Positions 1 through 7,010 of a stretch of 28,682 nt of DNA are shown piece after piece. The DNA comes from Elusimicrobia bacterium RIFOXYB2_FULL_48_7. GTDB lineage: Bacteria; Elusimicrobiota; Endomicrobiia; CG1-02-37-114; XYA2-FULL-39-19. Position numbers and translations under genes: made by a program. Under the pieces are notes generated by a model that saw only the letters and a list, made by a program, of their open reading frames with translations, had not been told where the DNA came from and ran no database searches. The DNA lies in the NCBI GenBank assembly GCA_001800495.1, contig MGVM01000088.1:12311-40992 (forward strand), read 5' to 3'. The stretch's first letter is position 1; each line of letters opens with the position of its first letter.

Positions 1-854
1 GATCCGTATATAGATGATGGTAAGTCTAAACTTATATTTTTGCTTGATTTTAAAGCTGGCATTTTTATTGTATGAACTAATGTCGATGCATAATTTGAAC
101 TTGCAAGATAAAATGGCCTAGAATAGTCACCTTCCATTTTTACAACGGTATCAGGTCCAGTAGCACCAGCAAATATAGTTTGATTTAAATGCCCAAGCAT
201 GTGTGTATCTATATATACTTCTTGATAAATATTTTCATCTTCCCACTGACCGACTTGATTTGTAATATAAGCATGGGCTGTTATGAGCATTCCGTTGGGA
301 GCTGCGTTTGCTGGTATTGTAATAGTAAGTTCGGAAGCCCAATTATCCGATGTAGTACTATATATTTTCATTAATCCAAACCCGGATGTTGTTGTTAATG
401 AACCACCAATATCAACATTTCCGGTTGCTTGAACGTTGGTTGCTTTAACATTGCCTGCTACTTCAAGTCTCTCTGTTGGCGTTCCTGCTATTCCAATACC
501 AACATTTCCATTTGTTGCGTTTAATTTCATTATGTTTGTGCCCGCACCATTTTTGAAAGTTGTTTCTCCTGCGCCATGGCCTATTTCCATAACATCATTA
601 TATGCCCCAGCGCTATTTTGCAACCTTAATACAGCTGAATGAGCACCGGGATTCGTTGTTCTGATAACGGTTTTTACATAATCTGCCCCGCCATTTATTT
701 CAAATTTCTCTGCTGGGGTTCCTGTAATCCCTATACTGACCTTTCCTGATGGGGTAATCATCATGGCAGGGTTTGAAAGTAAGCCGCTTGCATTGGGTTG
801 ACCAAACAACCAATTATTTTCACCACTTAAACGCCATTCGTTACAGTATCTGCA
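1..854 (-). pseudogene. 3' part (partial, runs off left edge) of a secreted/tail-fibre-like protein, out of frame with 827..1324
   Basis: Manual translation: frame is open from 854 to the window edge (~284 codons; not in the ORF track). It reads ...MMITPSGKVSIGITGTPAEKFEING...NGNVGIGIAGTPTERLEVAGNV..., two GNVGIG-type repeats typical of trimeric fibre/surface proteins. It overlaps the stop of 827..1324. Confidence 0.7.
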
Positions 855-1324
855 TTATTTGCAGCAGCAGCATGAGTGGCTTCTGTTGCCGTATCCGCAT
901 TTTGAGCCCTCATAGCATAACCTACGCTTACAAGTTGTTGTCTTGGCAAAAGTGTTTCCGATGCGAAAACATCCGGCCCGCTTTCAATGGTTATTTCTAA
1001 CCAAAGGTTATCCTGGCCCTTAAAATGTCCATCAATTTTATTCTGATTGCTTTTACCCAAATAAACATTAAATATTCCATTTTTACATGGTACAGACGGC
1101 ATTGTCTCATTCCAAATAGACGCGCCGCCTGATTCAACAGTAAACAATTTGAACGTCAGAGAATAATCTCCGTCCTTTTTGTTAGCTCCACTTGAGTCTG
1201 TTAATCTTCCTTGAACACTAATCATTTCTCTATTTAAGGCATCTTGCGCATATAAGTTGGACAAACAAACAACTAACAAGAGTAACAGCACTTTAAAACC
1301 TTTAACAAAACAGTTCCTAATCAT
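827..1324 (-). CDS. Secreted surface/tail-fibre-like protein, N-terminal part (signal peptide plus 'VQGRLTD...YSLTFKLF...IWNET...NGIFNVYLG' domain)
   Basis: ATG 1324 with AGGAGA RBS and hydrophobic signal peptide. Ends in the stalk-like motif AANNADTVTNGV followed by TAA at 827-829. Confidence 0.8.
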   Translation of the reverse strand: MIRNCFVKGFKVLLLLLVVCLSNLYAQDALNREMISVQGRLTDSSGANKKDGDYSLTFKLFTVESGGASIWNETMPSVPCKNGIFNVYLGKSNQNKIDGHFKGQDNLWLEITIESGPDVFASETLLPRQQLVSVGYAMRAQNADTATEATHAAAANNADTVTNGV

Positions 1325-1407
1325 TTTTTCTCTCCTTAAATTATTTTCTATTCAATATTTCTCGTTCGATCCCAACCCATGGTAATGTTGCCCATTTTAA
1401 CTGCCCT

Positions 1408-1436
1408 ATATTATCACTAGTGTGGTAAAAAGTCAA
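1408..1436 (-). promoter_or_regulatory. Putative sigma70 promoter for 827..1324
   Basis: TTGACT (1436-1431), 17-nt spacer, TAATAT (1413-1408). Confidence 0.5.
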
Positions 1437-1559
1437 GATGAATCTATTGATGTGTCTATGGATGAATCTGCCGGCCCAGGGCTTCCCTATATATTTAGAC
1501 ACCAAAAAAAGGAAAACTCCCCACCCTGCTAGCAAAAAATCAACAAAATACCGGGAATT

Positions 1560-1568
1560 TGCTATAAT
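1560..1568 (+). promoter_or_regulatory. Putative extended -10 promoter for the dehydrogenase operon
   Basis: TGcTATAAT at 1560-1568, 31 nt upstream of ATG 1600. Confidence 0.5.
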
Positions 1569-1599
1569 TAGGGTCAATAATTTAAAGTTTGGAGGTTTT

Positions 1600-2877
1600 A
1601 TGAACCAAAACAACAAGCCCACGAAACCCGTGGATGTAACGATAGTCGGCGGAGGGATGATAACAAACGACCTCATCCTGCCGTCGGTTTACCACATGCA
1701 GAGAACCGGGCTGGTGAAGGACATAAACATCTGCGCGCTTAATTCACCCCCCTTGAAAGCGCTTAAAGAAAACAAGGAAATACTCGACGCCTTCCCGGAA
1801 CAGGATTTCAACGCTTATCCTGCTCTGACCGAAGACCCCAAGAAGAATTTCCCCGCTCTTTATAAGGAAGTGCTCTCTAAAATGGCACCCAGGCAGGCGG
1901 TAATAGTGGCGATGCCGGACCAGTTCCACTACGAAGTGGTGATGGAAGCTCTGAAAAACAACCAGCATGTGCTTTGCGTGAAGCCGCTTGTTTTAAAATA
2001 CCAGCAGGACATAGAAATCGAGAAAATTGCCCTTGAAAAAGGGCTTTTCGTGGGTGTTGAATACCATAAAAGGTTCGACCGCAGGGCACTGATGGCAAAA
2101 CGCGGGTACAAACTGGGACATTTCGGCGAATTTGTTATGGGCGAAGCCAAGATGATAGAACCGTACTATTACCGCTCCTCCAATTTTCAGAACTGGTTCA
2201 CCTGCGAGAATACCGACCCCTTCGTTTACGTCGGCTGCCACTACGTGGACCTGACATATTTCATCACCGGCCTGAAACCCGTTGAGGTCAATGTGTCCGG
2301 CGTCAAGGGGAAGTTCCCCAACGGAAATGTTGGGTACATGTGGGCCAATGGCAGAGTGAAATTCGAGAACGGCGCGATACTTTCGGTAATCGACGGCCTG
2401 GGCTACCCCGATGAGGGCGCGGGCAGCAACGAGCAGTGCCTGTCAATGTTTTTTGAAGGCAAGGGCAAATCCGGGCTCATCAAGCACGACGATCAGTTCC
2501 GCGGAGTGAGCCACTGCTACCTGGAAGGCATAGGGTGCGCGGGCTCGCACTTTAATTTCATAAACCCGGATTTCTACAAGCTTGTGAGCTGGGAAGGCAA
2601 AGGGTTCAAGCCAATCGGATATGGTTATGAATCCGTGGCCGCATCAATAAACGCGATGATAAGGATAGAGGGCGAAGTTGCCGGGCTTTCTGAAGACAAA
2701 TCTCTGAAAAAACGGCAGGAAATAATAAAAGAAATCGATGAAAACGGGTTGATTGCCACACCTGCCAACAGCTATATCAACGAGCTTGTGGTTGAAGCGG
2801 CAAGAATGTCCATTTTGAAGGACGGTATGCCGGTAAAAATAAATTACGGAAAGAACCCGGGAGCAGAATTGAGGTAA
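1600..2877 (+). CDS. Gfo/Idh/MocA family NAD(P)-dependent oxidoreductase
   Basis: Rossmann IVGGGMIT, CVKPL (EKP-like), EYHKRFD and GCHYVD motifs. Start moved from 1438 to ATG 1600, which has a GGAGG RBS at 1591. Confidence 0.9.
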   Translation: MNQNNKPTKPVDVTIVGGGMITNDLILPSVYHMQRTGLVKDINICALNSPPLKALKENKEILDAFPEQDFNAYPALTEDPKKNFPALYKEVLSKMAPRQAVIVAMPDQFHYEVVMEALKNNQHVLCVKPLVLKYQQDIEIEKIALEKGLFVGVEYHKRFDRRALMAKRGYKLGHFGEFVMGEAKMIEPYYYRSSNFQNWFTCENTDPFVYVGCHYVDLTYFITGLKPVEVNVSGVKGKFPNGNVGYMWANGRVKFENGAILSVIDGLGYPDEGAGSNEQCLSMFFEGKGKSGLIKHDDQFRGVSHCYLEGIGCAGSHFNFINPDFYKLVSWEGKGFKPIGYGYESVAASINAMIRIEGEVAGLSEDKSLKKRQEIIKEIDENGLIATPANSYINELVVEAARMSILKDGMPVKINYGKNPGAELR

Positions 2878-2890
2878 AAAGGAGTTTCAC

Positions 2891-3361
2891 GTGGCTTGGG
2901 TGAGGAGCAAAAGTTTTACTGAGGATCGCGGCATTTACATGAACTCGACGCTTGTCGACAAAGTCGTAAAGAACAAGCTTGAGGAGATATGGGTTTCCGC
3001 CCTGCGCAACAACCTGGTGGACATCAGGATCTATTTTTATTTCCCGAACCAGCCCGAACCAAAACCGACAAAGAAAGGCATATGGATTTCCTTCAAGCAC
3101 ATCCCGAAACTTATCCAGGCGTTTGAGAAACTGATTGCCAACCCTGAAGCGCTGGTGGACGTGGAGCTTAAAAGCGATAAAAAATCGCAGTTAAGAACCT
3201 ACAGCGCTAAATACGATAATAAAAATCTTGTGCATATCCGCCAATTTTACCTGAAGGCCGGGGAGTTTGCTCCTGGCAGGGGCATAGCTTTCCCGCTTGA
3301 CGTGCTTCCGCGGATGATCGAAGCCCTGAAAAAAGCCGCCCCCCTCGACGGAAAGGTCTAG
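2891..3361 (+). CDS. Protein with two tandem PC4/p15 (YdbC-like) ssDNA-binding domains
   Basis: Two PC4-like motifs: VDIRIYFYF..PKPTKKGIWISF..IPKL and VHIRQFYL..GEFAPGRGIAFPL..LPRM. GTG start with GGAG RBS at 2881. Confidence 0.75.
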   Translation: MAWVRSKSFTEDRGIYMNSTLVDKVVKNKLEEIWVSALRNNLVDIRIYFYFPNQPEPKPTKKGIWISFKHIPKLIQAFEKLIANPEALVDVELKSDKKSQLRTYSAKYDNKNLVHIRQFYLKAGEFAPGRGIAFPLDVLPRMIEALKKAAPLDGKV

Positions 3362-3387
3362 AAAACCCGGGAATTCCGCTTACACAA

Positions 3388-4116
3388 ATGAAAAAACTTT
3401 TAACCGCTGTGATTTTTGCCGCCATTTCTTTTGTAAACGCTTACCCTGCTGAAACCAGCCTTGACCACATCCTGAAACAGGCGGGGCTGCGGCAGGAAAA
3501 AATAGAGAAAGGCGTCGTTGACATGAATTTCACCGCCAACACCGCCTTCCTGCAGAAAAATACCGAAGGCAAAACCGAAAAAAAGATAAACAGCTCGAGG
3601 GTTGTCTACCAGAAACAGCCGGATATATTAATTGAAAAATATTCCTCTATGGAAATAGACGGCAAGGCACTAACCGCGAATGAACTGGACAAAGAAACCA
3701 AGAAAAGGCAGAAACGCACCGACAGGAGGCAGTCCAAGTCACCCTTCAGCCCTTCAATGAAGGATTCGTACGCCCATGCCCTTTCAGGCGAAACGGAATT
3801 TGAAGGCCGGAGCGCCTGGGTTGTAAGTTTTACCCCTAAAGAAAAGAAGGAAACATTTATTGAGGGTAAAGCATACATCTCAAAGAAGGATTTCAGCGTG
3901 CTCGGGATGGATTTTGTCCCCGCGGTCCTACCGCCTGTCATAAAAGCCATGAAAATGAGTATGTCTATGGCCCCGGTGGATGGATACTGGCTGCCCGCAA
4001 AATTCCGGATGGAAATAACGCTGAAAATAACGTTTATTTTCACCCTTGCCGACAAACGCATCGAGATAGAGGAAACCTACTCGGACTATAAGCTGAATAC
4101 GCCCAAAAACCAATAA
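3388..4116 (+). CDS. Secreted LolA-like / outer-membrane lipoprotein-sorting fold protein
   Basis: Signal peptide MKKLLTAVIFAAISFVNA, then the beta-rich segment 'FEGRSAWVVSFTPK...EGKAYISKKDFSVLGMD' characteristic of LolA/MucB-like folds. Confidence 0.55.
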   Translation: MKKLLTAVIFAAISFVNAYPAETSLDHILKQAGLRQEKIEKGVVDMNFTANTAFLQKNTEGKTEKKINSSRVVYQKQPDILIEKYSSMEIDGKALTANELDKETKKRQKRTDRRQSKSPFSPSMKDSYAHALSGETEFEGRSAWVVSFTPKEKKETFIEGKAYISKKDFSVLGMDFVPAVLPPVIKAMKMSMSMAPVDGYWLPAKFRMEITLKITFIFTLADKRIEIEETYSDYKLNTPKNQ

Positions 4117-4127
4117 GGTAGCATTAG

Positions 4128-4156
4128 TTGATTATTTCCATAAATTAATGTATATA
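4128..4156 (+). promoter_or_regulatory. Putative sigma70 promoter for the isomerase-IMPase-LbH operon
   Basis: TTGATT (4128-4133), 17-nt spacer, TATATA (4151-4156), in an AT-rich intergenic region. Confidence 0.4.
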
Positions 4157-4197
4157 TATTGATAATTTAGTAAATATTTAAAAATTTATAGGAGGAT

Positions 4198-4232
4198 TAC
4201 CCCATACTCTTCCTAGCGAGTAGAATGGGGTA
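4198..4232 (+). repeat. Bulged-hairpin repeat, copy 1 (TACCCCAT-ACTC-TTCCTAGC-GAGT-AGA-ATGGGGTA)
   Basis: 8-bp outer stem, 4-bp inner stem, 8-nt loop and 3-nt bulge. Related copies at 18675-18709 and 24073-24106. Confidence 0.75.
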
Positions 4233-4248
4233 TCCACAAGGAGAGAAC

Positions 4249-5085
4249 ATGAAGTATTCAGTTTTCACAGTCAGCCTTCCGACACTTAAGCCGGAAAGAA
4301 TCGTGCAGGAGTTCAAAAAAATGGGCCTTGACGGCGTAGAATGGAGAGTACACGAGGCATTCCATTTCAAGCCGGAAGAGCTTGAAAAAAACGCGGCTTA
4401 CATAAAGAAACTCACAGCCGACGCCGGGCTCGGGATTTCCAACGTCGCCACATACACAAAGATTACCGAGCTGGACCTGAGCAAAAGCCTTATAGCCGCC
4501 ACCGCGGCCATGGGCGCGCCGTCCCTGCGCCTGGGCATGCTCTGGTATGAAAAATCCAACACCGCCTACAACAAACTCTACAAGGAAGCCAAGGACACCA
4601 TTGAAAAACTCGTGCCTGTCCTCAAACAGCACAAGGTAAAACTGGTGTTTGAGCTTCACCATGAATCAATAACCCCGTCAGCCAGCGCGCTTTATTCGCT
4701 GATAAAGGATTACCCGCCTGAAGTTGTCGGCGCGCTTTACGACCCCGCGAATATGATAGTTGAAGGTTACGAGGCCTTTGCGTTCGACCTGCTGGGGCCC
4801 TACGTCGCGCACGTGCACGCCAAAGATGTAATGTTCGTTAAGGACGACAAGGGAAAATGGGGCAGAAAATGGATGGTTTTGGGCGATGGCATGGCAAACT
4901 GGACCAATATTTTCACCGCGCTGGACAAAATCAACTACAAGGGCTACATCTCATCGGAAAACATAACCATAGGCGGATTGAAGGAAACGATGAAAGAAGA
5001 GGAACACCAGAAATTCTGCCTTGAAACGATCACGAAAGAAATTTCTTTCCTGAAAAAAGCGGAAAAAGAAACCTTAGGGAAATAA
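4249..5085 (+). CDS. Sugar phosphate isomerase/epimerase (xylose-isomerase-like TIM barrel, AP endonuclease 2 family)
   Basis: Metal-binding motifs ELHHES, YDPANM, HVHAKD and SSEN. Start set at ATG 4249 with AGGAG RBS at 4239. Confidence 0.88.
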   Translation: MKYSVFTVSLPTLKPERIVQEFKKMGLDGVEWRVHEAFHFKPEELEKNAAYIKKLTADAGLGISNVATYTKITELDLSKSLIAATAAMGAPSLRLGMLWYEKSNTAYNKLYKEAKDTIEKLVPVLKQHKVKLVFELHHESITPSASALYSLIKDYPPEVVGALYDPANMIVEGYEAFAFDLLGPYVAHVHAKDVMFVKDDKGKWGRKWMVLGDGMANWTNIFTALDKINYKGYISSENITIGGLKETMKEEEHQKFCLETITKEISFLKKAEKETLGK

Positions 5086-5111
5086 AAGGATATTTAAAAA
5101 GGAGCGATTAA

Positions 5112-6029
5112 ATGGACATTTTTGAAAAACGGCTGAAGAATTTTGCAAAAGAAGGCGAACTTACAGCGTTCAACCTGGCGATGGTCGCCGAGGCGCTGGA
5201 CACGGTTGAAGAACTAAAAAGAAAAAACATCGGCGGCGAGATAGTTGAAAAAAGGATGGCTGAGGAATACAAAACCTGGGACCCCGACATTTTCAAGGTT
5301 GACAAGGACACGGAAAACGGGTTCCGGCGCAGACTGGAAGCGAAAAACAAGCCCTACGTCCTGCTTTCCGAAGAAGTTGAACGCCTTGAGATCAACAAGG
5401 ACAAGCCCGGCGAACTGCAATATGTCGTGGCCGACCCCTTTGACGGGAGCATCCTGTTCAAGAAAGGCATACCGGATTTCTGGTACAGCTCCCTTGCTTT
5501 TTATGACAAAAACATCAAGCCGCTTACCAGCGCAGTGGGCGACTGTATAATGAAAACGCTCACCTTCGCCAATGAAAAAGGCGCTTTCGGCTCGGTGCTT
5601 GAAGGCGACAATATCGTGCACAAATTCAAACTTGACGCCGCGTACAGGGAAAAGATGGGCAGGAAAAATGTTACAGAGCTCAAGGACGCCAGCCTGGAAT
5701 CCTACGCGCTCAAGCCGGGAAAATTTCTGCTTCCTTTGATAGACAATTACAGGGAAGTCGTCAAGAATTTCAAGTTTTTCATCCCCAACGGCGGGCCTTA
5801 CGGCTTTGTTGACGTGGCGGAAGGAAAAATTGACGTTTACTTCGCCACCAAGCAGCCGTTCGTTGACGTGTTTTCCGGCATTTACATAGCCGAGCAGGCG
5901 GGAGCGGTGGTGACGGATTTCAACGGCAACAAGGTCAACTGCGTGGACAACGTGCACGGGATGTTCGACGTGCTGGTCTCAACAAACGAAGAACTGCACA
6001 AAAAAGTGCTTGAAAAAATAAAAAAATAA
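5112..6029 (+). CDS. Inositol monophosphatase / FBPase (FIG superfamily) protein
   Basis: LLSEE, VADPFDGS (DPxDG motif), and 'VAEGKIDVY...FVDVFSGIYIAEQAGAVVTDFNG'. GGAG RBS. Confidence 0.88.
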   Translation: MDIFEKRLKNFAKEGELTAFNLAMVAEALDTVEELKRKNIGGEIVEKRMAEEYKTWDPDIFKVDKDTENGFRRRLEAKNKPYVLLSEEVERLEINKDKPGELQYVVADPFDGSILFKKGIPDFWYSSLAFYDKNIKPLTSAVGDCIMKTLTFANEKGAFGSVLEGDNIVHKFKLDAAYREKMGRKNVTELKDASLESYALKPGKFLLPLIDNYREVVKNFKFFIPNGGPYGFVDVAEGKIDVYFATKQPFVDVFSGIYIAEQAGAVVTDFNGNKVNCVDNVHGMFDVLVSTNEELHKKVLEKIKK

Positions 6030-6044
6030 ACGGAGGGAGCTGAC

Positions 6045-6995
6045 ATGGAAGTACTCAAAGTAAAAGACTTAAAGAAGGAAGATGTACCCAAGGAAATGAG
6101 GGTTGAAAGTTATTTCGACCTCAAGGCGCACCCGTTCAAGCACGAAGCGCTTCTAACGGGCGAAGGCGTGAATTCAGTGGTCAGCGTTATAGGCAAAATA
6201 GGCAGTTATTCGAAGAAATGGATCGCCGACACCATAAGCGAAAACCTGAAAAAGAACCCGGTGCTGAAAGTCCAGAAGAGCTTTGACAAGATCAACACCC
6301 ACGGCCATTTTGAAGTAATACTTGAAGAAGGCGCGGTTTTCTCCCCATCGTGCATTTTCGGGTCAAAAGACGCTGGAAAAGCTGGTAAGCTATACGTTTC
6401 CAAAAACGCGGTAGTATTCGGAAGCGACATCTACCTGGATGAAGGCGATATTTTCATAGATGAAGGCGCGGTTATTGAAGCAAGCGCCGGCTTGAAAGGG
6501 CCCACCATCATAGGCAAGAAAACCAGCGTCCGTGAAGGCGCGTACCTGCGCGGCAACGTTATAATCGGCGACGGCGCTGTTATCAGGGGCGAGCTGAAGA
6601 ACGTGCTCATACTGGACAAGGGCAACTTCCCCCACCCGTCATACCTGGGAGATAGCATCTGCGGCTATATGTCGCATTTCGGCAACCAGGTCACTGCGGC
6701 GAACCTCGGCATTTATGAGGGCTTGAAAGACGCTGACAAGAGAACAAACCTTGTTTTCCGGCTTGGCGGCAAATCATACGACATCGGCACCCCGAAAATG
6801 GGCGTAGTTGCCGGAGATTTCTGCCAGATCGGCTGTTCTTCAACGACAGACCCGGGAACTTTCCTTATGCCGCATACTATTTCTTACACGCTTACCAGGA
6901 TCAGCAAGGGTTTTTATGGCCCCAATGAAATCCTGAAAAACAAGGCACTTGAGAAAGGCATCATTGAAAGGTCTCCTTTCAATCCGAATAAATGA
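6045..6995 (+). CDS. Stand-alone left-handed beta-helix (hexapeptide) transferase, similar to the C-terminal domain of archaeal-type GlmU/sugar-1-phosphate acetyltransferases
   Basis: Hexapeptide repeats 'LKGPTIIGKKTSVREGAYLRGNVIIGDGAVI' and 'HPSYLGDSICG...FGNQVTAAN...KMGVVAGDFCQIG'. No N-terminal nucleotidyltransferase motif. Confidence 0.75.
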   Translation: MEVLKVKDLKKEDVPKEMRVESYFDLKAHPFKHEALLTGEGVNSVVSVIGKIGSYSKKWIADTISENLKKNPVLKVQKSFDKINTHGHFEVILEEGAVFSPSCIFGSKDAGKAGKLYVSKNAVVFGSDIYLDEGDIFIDEGAVIEASAGLKGPTIIGKKTSVREGAYLRGNVIIGDGAVIRGELKNVLILDKGNFPHPSYLGDSICGYMSHFGNQVTAANLGIYEGLKDADKRTNLVFRLGGKSYDIGTPKMGVVAGDFCQIGCSSTTDPGTFLMPHTISYTLTRISKGFYGPNEILKNKALEKGIIERSPFNPNK

Positions 6996-7010
6996 CCGGA
7001 GGAAACACCA

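Noticed and set aside
1-854. Fibre-like C-terminus as a diversity-generating-retroelement target
   Set aside because: No reverse transcriptase and no template/variable repeat pair in the window.
1364-1373. GTTCGATCCC, resembling a tRNA T-loop
   Set aside because: No pairing T-stem, acceptor stem or anticodon arm around it.
1438-1599. N-terminal extension of the dehydrogenase in the ORF track
   Set aside because: It spans the divergent promoter region. A GGAGG RBS and the Rossmann motif position support ATG 1600.
4225-4248. Upstream ATG for the isomerase
   Set aside because: It lies inside the hairpin stem. ATG 4249 has a well-spaced AGGAG.
5214-5957. 247-aa minus-strand ORF, and similar ones at 3606..4061, 7983..8549 and 10600..11262
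   Set aside because: Antisense shadows of well-supported genes with biased codon usage; no motifs or RBS.
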